Below, piece by piece: positions 11,230-23,850 of a stretch of DNA of 64,000 bases. Each line of letters starts with the position of its first letter. Position 1 is the stretch's first letter. The notes under the pieces are model-generated. The model saw only the letters and a list, made by a program, of their open reading frames with translations, had not been told where the DNA came from and did no database searches. The translations under genes and the position numbers were made by a program. This DNA comes from Octopus sinensis (lineage: Eukaryota), in contig NC_043003.1 in the NCBI RefSeq assembly GCF_006345805.1, forward strand, positions 63,426,001 through 63,490,000. The letters run 5' to 3'.

Positions 11230-11420
11230 AAATAAAAGCTAGTTTTTGATAAACACGAAAGTATCTTTCACTCAAGGTCACCAAATCAATATTCGATTGT
11301 TCCATCTCTCTACTTGTTCCAATCCACATTCCTTCTGCAATATTGGAATTCACTAAGCTCCAGCACTTATTTTTGAATTCGTATCTAAAAATCTGTAGAT
11401 TCTTAGCGTTTCTGTTTGTT
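11230..11420 (-). mobile_element. Probable N-terminal endonuclease remnant of the old RTE LINE
   Basis: EMEQSNIDLVTLSERY resembles the RTE motif E(L/M)xRYxIDIxGLSExRW. The match is weak. Confidence 0.4.
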
Positions 11421-11849
11421 CGGGATTAGGGATTGTTACTGACATTATAAAATGCATGGAAGATTTGTTGATTGTAGATCTCAGTAATTAAGCTATCATC
11501 ACGTAAGACGCAATTCCTAGTTTTGGGGTGTTAATCCTCTATCAAAAGAGATATCTGAAACTCTCACGGAAGATGTTGTCTTTCACATATTTTTGTCAGC
11601 ATCATTTCGCTTCCAGTGATGTTTCTGTGTCACATTTAGCCGACCAACAGAGGTCATTACTAGATATATCATATAGAAGCAAAGATACGGAATAAGTTAG
11701 ACAAGTGAACCGAAATCTGGTTAATGAGTCATATCACAAAAACGGCTGTTACCCATGGAACCAACTTCCATCCACAAATGATTTAATTAGAAATATATTT
11801 CAAGGATCGACCATCAAAGGTTTGATTCAATTTCAATTGCTATCTTTTA

Positions 11850-12215
11850 TCTTTTACTTGTTTCAGTCATTATATTGCGGCCATGCTGGGACAACACATG
11901 CAAAAATTTTAGTCGAAAGAATTGACCCCCAGTGCTATTTTTAAACCTAGCACTTATTTTATCAGTCTCTGCTGTCAGACGGCTAAGTTGGAGTGGCTAC
12001 GGGGCCGTAAACAAACCAACACCACTTGTTAAGCAGTGGTGGGTGATAAAGACTGACACAAAGACAGACAGATAGACAGACACATACACACATACATACG
12101 ACAGGCTTCTTTCAGTTTCTGTCTACCAAATCCACTCACAATGGTTGGCTAGAAACTATAGAAGAAGCCATTTCCCAGGCTGGCGCACAGTGGGTCTGCA
12201 TCTGAAACCACATCG
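11850..12215 (-). mobile_element. SINE family B, diverged full copy
   Basis: Has the family tail and head, with an internal (GACA)/(CA) microsatellite. Confidence 0.7.
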
Positions 12216-12825
12216 TTGGTTGCAAAGCGAGAAAAGAAATCTCAGAATGGTCAGAACTGCAATTCTCTTGATCATTGACTTATTGAATCAGAGCCGACTT
12301 TGGGAACTGATTAACAACGATAATAACGGTTACAGCAACAACAACAACAGCAGTAACGTCTCCATGAATAATGCAAACATCTCCAGAGTATCCATTTACT
12401 CCATCGGTTTCTACGATATAATAAAAAGGAAAGGCTTTCTGATATTTATACCGATGTAAACAATGGCGGGTCTGGAGAATGGCGGGGGGGGGGAGACTTC
12501 TCCAGAGAATCTCTTAACTTTTGGACATCGACTTGATATATTATCTAAGAAAGACAAAAAGTACTTTGCCGCGTTTTGAGGTTTGAGCATGTCTGGAATG
12601 GATGTTTTCAGTGGTGGTCACAAAGAAAGATACAAATATCTAGTTAAATGGGAAAACAAATGTGAGAAAAAAAAACATAAACAACAAAATTAACACTCCG
12701 TTCTCAGCAACCATCTGAAAACTTTGGTAATTCTGAATTATAGCATTCGTGAAGAATGTGTTGAACAAGATATAAAACTAATGAAGAAATGCTACAACCA
12801 GCAAAAGCAGAAAAAAATCATCATA

Positions 12826-13305
<480 letters not shown>

Positions 13306-13309
13306 AAAC

Positions 13310-13460
13310 ATAGTGGATTGGGAGAGCTGTTAGGGTGTTCGACTCACGATCGTAAGGACGTGAATTCGATTCCCGGCAGCGTGTTGTGTCCTTAAGCAAG
13401 ACACTTTATTTCACATTACTCTAGTTTACTCAGCTGGCAAAAATGAGTAGTAACTGTATT
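13310..13460 (+). mobile_element. CORE-type SINE family C, partial
   Basis: GAATTCGATTCCC followed by GTGTCCTTAAGCAAGACACTTTATTTCAC...ACTCAGCTGGCAAAAATGAGT. Confidence 0.7.
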
Positions 13461-13509
13461 GCAGAGTAAAAGAGATAAATCTCAACTTTTAAAAAGAAGG
13501 AATCTAAAG

Positions 13510-13740
13510 TTATTTTGGTCAATTAGCAAGAGAACGAGGTATATAAAGACAATTACTAGAGGAAAGATAAATTAGTAAACGCTTGAAAGGAAAATTTAGA
13601 ACAAGCTTGTTTGATAACACCCAGGACCGGATTAAACTATTATATGGTGAATGTGTAAGAATGGCAAAGAAGAGACTTGAATGGAGATCCTTGATGATCA
13701 ACCTGCTGAGAACGAATGAGACCAAATGATAACGAGTATT
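13510..13740 (+). mobile_element. RTE LINE 3' coding end
   Basis: YFGQLARERG...LLEEKI...KRLKG...LYGECVRMAKKRLEWRSL matches the RTE C-terminal pattern. Confidence 0.65.
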
Positions 13741-14303
13741 TGTGAATGTGCGTAGTGTAATGGTTATAGAGTTTGATTCACAATTGTTAGTTTGTGGGTT
13801 CGATTCTCGGACCGGGACTGAGATCGGGTGGCGCATGGGGCCCTTGAGCAATGCAAGTCATTTCCGGATGCTTCGATTTACACGATTAAAATGTGTACCA
13901 ACGGCAGATACCAAGGTGGGTTTAACCTTAAAATGGACTGACGTGTATTTCAGGGGCTGAAGGTAGGTATTGTATTCAGACTCGCTTAAATACCATAGAA
14001 ACTGAGATAAATCCCGGTCAAATGAGCATCTTTTTCCTTGCACAATCTTAACTTCTAAGAGTATTTTCTTGTTTGTTGATGCGTTTGTTATGTAACCCCA
14101 GCTCATCACAATAAGGCCTATGGAAACTCAGTCACTTTGCTGAATGACTAGGAATGCCCCGGGATTGAACCAATAACTTTTTTATCTTCAATCTAACTTT
14201 CTTCCAACTTAGACATTTCTGATTGGCCCTAGCCGAACACATCGTACCCCGTATTCTTCTCCCATGTACGATCCTTGGACATCGTTGACAACAATGGAAT
14301 GAC

Positions 14304-14354
<51 letters not shown>

Positions 14355-14356
<2 letters not shown>

Positions 14357-14560
14357 GTTTCAAATTTTGCCACAAGGCCAGCAATTTTGAGGGCAAGAAT
14401 GAGTCGATTACATCGACCCCAGTGTTCAAGTTGTACTTATTTTATCGACACCGAATGGATGATAGGCAAAGTTGACCTCGGTGGCATTTGAACTCAGAAC
14501 ATGAAGACAGACGCGATGCCACTAAACATTTGGTCCAGCGTGTTGATGATTCTGCCGGTT
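14355..14560 (-). mobile_element. SINE family A next to (AAT)n
   Basis: Family A body. An (AAT)n tract lies at about 14302-14354. Confidence 0.75.
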
Positions 14561-14888
14561 GCAGCGATAAAGATAATTATTCTTTAAGTCCAACAGTGAC
14601 TGAAGAGTTATCAAAATATTTAGATTTCTCTGAAGGCAACTTGTAAATATTTCATACTTTTACGCAGTAATATTCAATTCCATTGTCTCGCTTCATTTTA
14701 TTTTAAAAAGATGACAAAATTATAACACCTACATACGACATGTTCAGCAATTGTGCTCTCTCATAATTTAAACAACTAGTTTCGATGAACTGTAACAGTT
14801 CTGCTTAGGTTCAATGAAACATACATACATACATACATACATACATACATACATACATACATACATGCATACATACATATATACATAT

Positions 14889-15287
14889 CTCTTTTACTCT
14901 TTTACTCTTTTACTTGTTTCAGTCATTTGACTGTGGCCATGCTGGAGCACCGCCTTTAATCGAGCAACTCGACCCCGGGATTTATTCTTTTGTAAGCCCA
15001 GTACTTATTCTATCGGTCTCTTATGCCGAACCGCTAAGTAACGGGGACATAAACACACCAGCATCGGTTGTCAAGCAATGCTAGGGGACAAACACACACA
15101 TGCATATATATATATACATATATACGACGGGCTTCTTTCAGTTTCCGTCTACCAAATCCACTCACAAGACTTTGGTCGGCCCGAGGCTATAGTAGAAGAC
15201 ACTTGCCCAAGGTACAACGCAGTGGGACTGAACCCGGAACCATGTGGTTGGTAGACAAGCTACTTACCACACAGCCACTCCTGCGCC
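14889..15287 (-). mobile_element. SINE family B, full length
   Basis: Nearly identical to the copy at 49983-50383. Confidence 0.9.
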
Positions 15288-15316
15288 TATATATATGTAT
15301 ATACATACATACATAA

Positions 15317-15401
<85 letters not shown>

Positions 15402-15897
15402 GGGTAACATCAATTATTACTTTTTAATACAAATAGACTGTATCCCATCTAACAGCTGTTTCTGCTTCCAATGTCCCACGGTGTTGCCATTGAAAATTCT
15501 GAAAATAATATTCATTATATTTCGTAATAGATCCGATCAAGAATATGGAGCTTCATCAGAGTGAAGAAAATACATAAAAGAAAAGAAAAGAAAAGAAGAG
15601 CCACGAGAAGAAGAAAGGCTTAATATAAATCATACCATTTTGCATATGTTATACTTCAGGGCGATAAGTAAATGACTATAATTAAGATATTAATTGCCGG
15701 ATTAATTTTTCTACAGGGGTAGCAGGATGTATAAGTAATATATATATTATATATATATAATATATATATATATATATTATATATATATAATAGGTCCAGG
15801 GGTCGATATGTTCGACTAAAAACGGTGCTCCAGCATGTCCACAGACAAATGACTGAAAAAGTAAAAGAATAAAAGGGTATATATATATATATATATA

Positions 15898-16294
15898 TAC
15901 TAGCAGTATCGCCCGGCGTTGCTCGGGTTTGTAAGGGAAATAACTACAAAGCATTTTTAGAGAGTTATAGCCAAAAAATAGCAAAAAAATGCATTAAAAA
16001 TGGGAAAAAAATTATGGTAAATTTATTTTTAAATCGTTGACTCATCGTAGACATTTTTAGAGAGTTACTTCCCTTATATAATAGCGAAAAAATGCTTAAA
16101 ATGGAAAAAAAATGATGGTAAATTATTTTTAAAATCGTAGACTCATCGTAGACGCGCGCTAATACCCAGAAGGGTTCGATATGAATCACGACTATAAGAT
16201 ACCTGGTTTTGGTTAAACTGCACCGCAAAATGTGGGAGTAGTTTAGGAATCTAAATCGTAGGAGACAGACACACAACCTTACTTTTATATATAA

Positions 16295-16298
<4 letters not shown>
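15898..16298 (+). mobile_element. Helitron/Helentron-like non-autonomous element, copy 1, within (TA)n
   Basis: Starts TACTAGCAGTATCG with the hairpin CCCG-GCGTTGCT-CGGG, has an internal tandem duplication and ends CTTTTATATATAAAGAT. No TIR or TSD. Confidence 0.6.
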
Positions 16299-16337
<39 letters not shown>

Positions 16338-16360
16338 TATATATATATATATAATATATA

Positions 16361-16396
<36 letters not shown>

Positions 16397-16465
16397 ATAT
16401 ATATATATATATATACTTGTGATATAATATATTATATATATATCTATATATATATATATAATATA

Positions 16466-16866
16466 TACTAGCAGTATCGCCCGGCGTTGCTCGGGTTTGT
16501 AAGGGAAATAACTACAAAGCATTTTTAGAGAGTTATAGCCAAAAAATAGCAAAAAAATGCATTAAAATTGGGAAAAAAATTATGGTAAATTTATTTTTAA
16601 ATCGTTGACTCATCGTAGACATTTTTAGAGAGTTACTTCCCTTATATAATAGCGAAAAAATGCATTAAAATGGAAAAAAAATGATGGTAAATTATTTTTA
16701 AAATCGTAGACTCATCGTAGACGCGCGCTAATACCCAGAAGGGTTCGATATGAATCACGACTATAAGATACCCGGTTTTGGTTAAACTGCACCGCAAAAT
16801 GTGGGAGTAGTTAGGAATCTAAATCGTAGGAGACAGACACACAACCTTACTTTTATATATAAAGAT
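16466..16866 (+). mobile_element. Helitron/Helentron-like element, copy 2
   Basis: 401 bp, differing from copy 1 at only a handful of positions, 568 bp downstream. Confidence 0.6.
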
Positions 16867-16917
16867 ATAATATATATATATATATATATATACTAGTGAT
16901 ATATAATGTATAATATA

Positions 16918-16982
<65 letters not shown>

Positions 16983-16994
16983 TATATACTTGTG

Positions 16995-17037
<43 letters not shown>

Positions 17038-17103
17038 TTGTGATATAATATATTTATATTAGCTATATATATATATATATATATATACATTATAATTTTT
17101 TTG

Positions 17104-17354
17104 CAGAGTTAATTCTATTTCAATTTTAATAGAATTTAATGACAAACTGGTTGATATACAATCAAAAATAGTCAGACAAAATATTTATTCAGTTCTTTAG
17201 GCAAGAGAAAAACACGAAATAAGTTAGTGTTATGAAGTTCAGATTAGGTATGGGTTTTTGGTGCCATGGTTTTTGAAGTTGACACACATACAGATAGTGA
17301 CAGCTCAGCACTTCGTTGCCTGCAGTATAAACAATAGACAGAATGGGAGTGCAA
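17104..17354. repeat. Unclassified dispersed repeat, second copy at 35130-35378
   Basis: About 250 bp with long identical stretches, for example AGTTGACACACATACAGATAGTGACAGCTCAGCACTTCGTTGCCTGCAG. Confidence 0.85.
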
Positions 17355-17404
17355 CTCATAATCAGACGTATGCACTCATGGATATTAATGTATACGTAGT
17401 CTAG

Positions 17405-17405
17405 A

Positions 17406-17444
<39 letters not shown>

Positions 17445-17592
17445 CATGCATTGTCACATACGCATACGTATATAGATGTATAAATATTATAAATGTTATA
17501 TGGAAATGACTGCGTTTGCGTATGTGTGAAGAAGAGAGTGTGAGCATATACATACATACATACATATATACATACATACATACATACATACA

Positions 17593-17626
<34 letters not shown>

Positions 17627-17845
17627 CATACAGACATATATATGTATGTATGCAAACATATGTATATGCAAATATACATAGATTTATTCCCATATGTTCT
17701 CGTAGAAAGCTAGATACCTATCCGTACGCACATGCACACACATGCACACATATATATGCATATATGTATATACATACACACACATATACATATATATATA
17801 TATACATACATATACATATATATACATACACATATATATATATAC

Positions 17846-17876
<31 letters not shown>

Positions 17877-18029
17877 CATACATACTACATACATACATAC
17901 ATACAAACATACATACATACATATAATACATATATACGTACATGCATACATACTTACATACATACACATATACATACATACATATGTATATATACATAAT
18001 TGTTAAACGCGACATATATATATATATAT

Positions 18030-18081
<52 letters not shown>

Positions 18082-18225
18082 AAGAGTGGGTATGTGAGAG
18101 TCAGAAGGAGATGATGTACAACTTTGTTTAATCATGTATCTTTGACAGAAATTCCTGTGGCCAACATACTGAACCAGCATACTGAACAGTATCATTTTTG
18201 TTATATTTTTTGCTTTCTTTAATAC

Positions 18226-18282
<57 letters not shown>

Positions 18283-18285
18283 TAT
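17405..18285. repeat. Compound microsatellite (CA)n/(TACA)n/(TA)n/(GA)n
   Basis: Directly visible in the sequence. Confidence 0.95.
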
Positions 18286-18389
18286 TTATATAATACACTT
18301 CAATTGAAATACAGTTTCCCCAAAATTAAACATATCTAATAAATGTGAATGTCAGCGTGTCACATTTTCAACTTTAATAAATCCTTTCT

Positions 18390-18573
18390 ATTGGAAGGAA
18401 AAGGCCTCAAATATTGGGGAAGGGATTAAGTCAATTACATCGACCCCAGTACTAATTTTTTTGATCCCAAAAGGATAAAAGGCAAATCGACCTCGGCGGA
18501 ATTTGAACTCAAAACATGACGGCGGACGAAGCATTTCGCCGAGTGTACTAAGGACTCTGCCAACTCGCTGCCT
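18390..18573 (-). mobile_element. SINE family A
   Basis: Family A head and body on the reverse strand. Confidence 0.75.
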
Positions 18574-18808
18574 TAATATAATATAATAATATAATATAGT
18601 AAATGTGAATGTCAGTGTGTCACACTATTTAAACTTTACTCCTAGAAGCCGTAGCCCAACATATCTTACCATTTTGGTAAAAAGACCGATAGAATAAATA
18701 CTAGGCTTAGAATAAGTCATGGGGTCGATCTGCTCGACTAAAGGTGGTGCTCCAGCATGGCCGCAGTCAAATGACTGAAGCAAGTAAAAGAGTAGAGTAT
18801 GCTGTATG

Positions 18809-18977
18809 CACTAGCGTAGCTAGAGTGTGTGCCGCCTGGAGCGGCCCTTCCGTTTGCCGACCCCGGACCCCACAAAAAATGCGTATTGCCTACAGTAGAC
18901 CCCAAAGTGGTGCCCCTTTAAAAGTACCACCCGGGGCGGACCGACTCACCCCACCACCACCACCAGCTACGCTAGTG
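18809..18977. mobile_element. 169-bp hAT-type MITE
   Basis: Perfect 13-bp TIR CACTAGCGTAGCT/AGCTACGCTAGTG, with 8-bp flanks GCTGTATG and ACTGTATG (7/8 TSD match). Confidence 0.85.
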
Positions 18978-18984
18978 ACTGTAT

Positions 18985-19572
18985 GGAAAACGAAACATGG
19001 GAGGCGAGTGTATGGTGTTGTTTTGCATTTCTGTGTAAAATTGTGAATTTATTTCAAGCCCTGCAATGTCGCCCAAACTTTCTGCACCCGCTAAGGCTTC
19101 TGGCAGTGAACCCAAGCGCCAGAGGAAGATGCTTACTATAGCAGAGAAAGTGAGACTCCTCAACATGCTTAAGGAAGGGAGAAGGTATGCGGATGTAGGC
19201 CGCCAAAAGAACTTCAGAGAATGGCGCAAGATTGGGACCCTCAGATGACACGTGCGTTGCAGTTCAGAAATGCAATCGACGGAGCCATGGAAATTTATAA
19301 AAAAAACCTCCCTATACAGAAGAAAACGCAGCGCCAACAACTGCCCATCACTATGTTTCTCACCCGCAAAAAAAGGGGAGATACAGGTACTCCTAAGAGT
19401 GTAGAGAGAGTTTATAAAAGGTTAAATATATAAAAATGATAAAATAAATGTAAACAAATTATAAAAATAATAATAATAAATATGCAGTACAGTACTGTTT
19501 GTACTTTGCGGAATTTTCACCTATTGCGGGGTGTTTTTGAACGTAACACCCGCGATAGTCGAGGGATAACTG
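18985..19572 (+). mobile_element. Internally deleted Tigger/pogo transposon
   Basis: N-terminus MSPKLSAPAKASGSEPKRQRKMLTIAEKVRLLNML is joined to C-terminal ...QRQQLPITMFL. The right TIR ends CGAGGGATAACTG+TA. No left TIR was found. Confidence 0.8.
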
Positions 19573-20176
19573 TATATATTTATATACATAGAGAAAATGG
19601 GAGAGAGAGAGAGAGAGATACTTTCAAACTTACACACTCACAGAAACACATTTATGTAAAAACATACGCTAGAGAATACTTTTGTGTATACTTTTGCCAA
19701 ATAATTATATGCATATGTCTGCCTGTATGTGTGTGCATGTGTATGTGCGTGTGTGTTTGTGCGTATGTGTGTGTGTGTGTGTGTGTGTGTTGTGTGTGTG
19801 TGTGTGCGTATGTGTGTGTGTGTACTGCTTTGACTACCCTATCTCATTTTATTATACCCAATAATGATTATAACACCTTAGAAACTCGTTCAACGAACCG
19901 GAACTGATGACAAACCCAGAACAAAACCACCGGGCACAATTCTACGAAAATACATTTTTAATAAATATGGTTAAAACGTGTTTACATACATACTGAGTTG
20001 TCCGATAAATCCGTTCGTTTCTTTCCAATATTATTTTTATTGTAGTGTCTTATAGGGTTTTTTGTAGCTCTATTCTCCTTCTGCCACTTTTGCTTATCGC
20101 TTTTGCAATTTGAATATATTATGGAGATGTACTTGCATAGCGAGTGACTTGATCTGAGATCGTGTGCAAGAACGAA

Positions 20177-20359
20177 AACAATTGCAGCGTGGAAGGTGTT
20201 TATAAGCCATTTAAGAAACACACAAAACCGTTAGATTCACAACATTTAAATTTAATTTGTCAAAATATTTTCGTCGCTTTGAGACCGCGACCTGTTCACT
20301 GACAACAGCTTTGTGTGTTTCTGAAATGGCTTATAAACACCTTCCACGCTGCAATTGTT
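20177..20359. repeat. Fold-back element: 50-bp arms around an 83-bp spacer
   Basis: 20177-20226 versus 20310-20359, one mismatch. Confidence 0.92.
20257..20305 (-). ncRNA. Minimal type I hammerhead-like motif with G3-C8 swapped core
   Basis: UUGUCA-GUGAACA-G-GUCGC(GGUCUCAAA)GCGAC-GAA-AAUAUU-U-UGACAA: 6-bp stem I, 5-bp stem II and a palindromic stem III. Confidence 0.5.
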
Positions 20360-20711
20360 AATTTGAATATAATTTTACCTCTTTCCAGATATATGACGAA
20401 GGAGTAGCAAGCAGGAAAGCAAATGAGCCTTTTCGACATCTGCTTCTCTTCGCATTCACTCAAGGCTCCAATGCTTCCAAAGCCACACGGGGAAAGTGCC
20501 GTTACTGAAGGAAATACATAGAAATGTTTTGCGCGCTTCAAAGAAAGGAAATTCGACCTCAGATTCTCTGCGCTCCGATCGACCTGTTCAGTTCAATAAC
20601 AATCGATTTAACAGGATCTGCGCCAGTTCACAGAGGAATTAGTCCAGCAGATGGTACTTTTTGGTTATCTCATCCCCATTAAAAAATTGCCATTAAAAAA
20701 GTAGGTTATCG

Positions 20712-21140
20712 GATCTTTTCGGTTTGACCGGCAGTTTTTAACATAATTTCTAGGTAACTAAAAAATTTTTAACTTCGTATACTGGTAGAATGTGTTTATA
20801 AAATATCTTTTTCTCTTGGCTTTATTGAGAAAATTCTATAGTTTGTAAGATATTTGGTCTTTAATTTCTTGCATCTCGGCAATTTCAACCAATCAATGAC
20901 CGTCTATTGAAGTGAAAACATTCTGTGCCGTATGAATATGTCCCTCGTTTAAGAAACAGATTGGGTTTATTTACATTTGTGAAGAAAAAAAGATACCCTC
21001 CCCCCACCCCTAACCCTAATTAACCCTAAATCTAAAATAGATTGAAATGCAATAGATCGATTCTAGGGTCATAATTATGGGTGACAATTTCATATGACAC
21101 CGCCAGAAAAAAACGGCAGTTTAGGGTTAGTTAGGATTAG
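20712..21140. mobile_element. Unclassified MITE-like repeat containing CCCTAA motifs
   Basis: TTTTCGGTTTGACCGGCAGTTTT start. CCCTAACCCTAATTAACCCTAAA at about 21008-21030. The right end is degraded. Confidence 0.45.
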
Positions 21141-21164
21141 GGAAAAAATAGAAAACAGGGAAGT

Positions 21165-21680
21165 AAACACAGAGAAAGAACCCTTCATCAGTTGTGTGCT
21201 GTCTACCTACTCATCATTTCGAGCATTCAATGACAATATGAATCATCAAAGACAGTTGCTCCCATAAATTCTAAAATAAGATTTAGGATTTATGGAGGGT
21301 CAAAGTTGGAAACAAAAACATGACAGTGGAGACATACAAGGAAATCGAACGAAAACAAACATGGAGGGTCGTTAGACCAGAATGAGAGGAAATTAATGAA
21401 CGCTGTAAGAATTTTTTTTTTTTTTGAAAGAGAAAATATAGAAGAGAGAGCAAAAAAAAAGTCCGTTCTTTTGAACGTCCATGCAAGAAAAGAAAGATGG
21501 TCACGTGAGGAAATCCTAAATTTTATTTTAGAGTTTATGAGTGCAACTGTCTTTGAAGACTCATATTGTCGTTGAATTCTCGAATGGAGGAGCCGTCAAC
21601 AGATGAAGGGTCTTTTCTCTGTTTTTACTTGTCCTGTTCTCCATTTTTTCTCATTGTTTACATATTCAACTCGTTTGTTT
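21165..21680. repeat. Dispersed repeat with diverged inverted arms; partial second copy at about 25600-25880
   Basis: 21185-21290 is mirrored by 21511-21610, and the first arm plus spacer recurs at 25660-25880. Confidence 0.75.
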
Positions 21681-21728
21681 GCGTATTTCATATAGATTGA
21701 ACCGCTGGTGACGTCCTGTAGCCATATA

Positions 21729-21770
<42 letters not shown>

Positions 21771-21876
21771 ATAATTATAATTAAGGGTTAAATGCAACAA
21801 GTTGCTCAAAACCACATACCGAAAATATTAGAAATATTTGAGCAACTTGTTGCATTTAACCCTTAATTATAATTAT
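21771..21876. repeat. Perfect 40-bp inverted repeat, 26-bp spacer
   Basis: ATAATTATAATTAAGGGTTAAATGCAACAAGTTGCTCAAA and its exact reverse complement at 21837-21876. Confidence 0.95.
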
Positions 21877-21975
21877 TATAACCCTTACCAAATATGGTCT
21901 TTTCCATACCGATAAATCTACTAGGTGAAATTGATTAATTTTATTAAATTAATTATATTCCACCCTTTATTGCAT

Positions 21976-22696
<721 letters not shown>

Positions 22697-22879
22697 CGCA
22701 ATCATTCCTGCGCGCACGTGTAAACACGAAGGCTGTACCGGAAGTAATATAACTGGTCATAATTTTTTTTTTCTCTTCATTGCCAGTGGTCATTGAAATT
22801 GCACTTGTTCATAAACTAACTCTTCTTCTGCAGTAACTCTTTTTCTTCTTTTTTTATTATAGATAATATTGGATCTCAT

Positions 22880-23850
22880 GCAGAAGCAATGTACAGTCAT
22901 TGAGTTTTTAACGAAGAAAGAATACAAGGCGGTCTGACTTCCACTGGAGGCTAAAAGTTGCTCACAAAAACGATATCATTGAAAAGAGCGATGTACAAAG
23001 ATGGATGAACGAGTATAAAGAAGAGAAAGCTAGCACCGAAAACAAACCTCTGCATTCACAGTGCCTTACATTGTGCTCAGAATACATTACAGAGGACGGT
23101 GGAAGACTTTAAGTACTAAAAATTGTGTGGAAACTGGTTATCTCGGCAGTTGACCCTTGATTTAAAGTAGAGAAAGGTGGGTAGTCTCCTTTGATCTGAT
23201 GGAAACGTTTGAAGCTAATGAAAGCACGTCTTTTTTTTTTCTGTATTCTTTTCTTTCCTTTTTTTTGTGACAGGAAATTAAACGTGAGCATAGCTTTAAG
23301 ATCCCGTATCGAGGGCTCAATCCGTGGGATGGACCACGAAGTTCAAGAACCAGCGATCGGCTTCGAAATCAGAGTGACTGTTTGATGGCATGGCAAGGAC
23401 TTCATTTTTCTTGCTTCTCTGTGACGTTGCTGTACTGTGAGCAGCGTGTGTTACACTGAGACACTTGAAACGCTTAAAAAAGCTATTATTTACAAGAGAC
23501 CAAGCAAAAATTTGAAAACGATCAACATTTATTATGACAATGCATATCAATACAAATTTTTGGCAACAAATCAGGCAATCGACAAATTGGGCTGCTCAAT
23601 GGTCCATCGCCAGTCATACATCCCTAGACCTGGCGCCCGTTAAAATCCGTCTGTTCCATATATATATAAAAGTCAGTCTTCGGGGACAACGATTTGATGA
23701 CACAGATAAGGTGAAAGCGACTGTGAATAGGTGGATACAACAGTTTTACACCTGATTTTTTTTTTCCAAAAATGGGTTTCACAAGATCGGTTCATCGATA
23801 GCGCTAATGTATTATATGCAATGGAGACTATGTTGAGTGGTATCTTTTTG
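22880..23850 (+). mobile_element. Degenerate near-full-length mariner (D,D34D type)
   Basis: MDLMQKQCTVIEFLTK N-terminus, LKKAIIYKRP...YYDNAYQ, a YSPDLAP-like remnant and LRGQRFDDTDKVKATVNRW. Many stops. Confidence 0.8.

Larger units (their letters stand above)
19993..20650 (+). mobile_element. Mariner 5' fragment containing an inserted fold-back element
   Basis: TA+CTGAGTTGTCCGATAA TIR-like start. FRHLLLFAFTQGSNASKATR matches the mariner N-terminal HTH, followed by FKERKFDL. Confidence 0.7.

Noticed and set aside
13748-13830. tRNA-like sequence with A and B boxes (also at 10957, 12826 and 54950)
   Set aside because: No full cloverleaf, and each runs into a CORE-like SINE body, so these are SINE heads rather than tRNA genes.
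17401-18279. Numerous long ORFs such as MYVCMYVC..., YIHTYIH..., poly-K/L/F and LSIYLSIY (also at 22.4, 29.4-30.2, 31.3, 40.0 and 56.6-57.8 kb)
   Set aside because: They are translations of stop-free microsatellites and have no coding signal.
21005-21140. CCCTAA/TTAGGG motifs as an interstitial telomere
   Set aside because: Only two or three imperfect units inside a MITE-like repeat.
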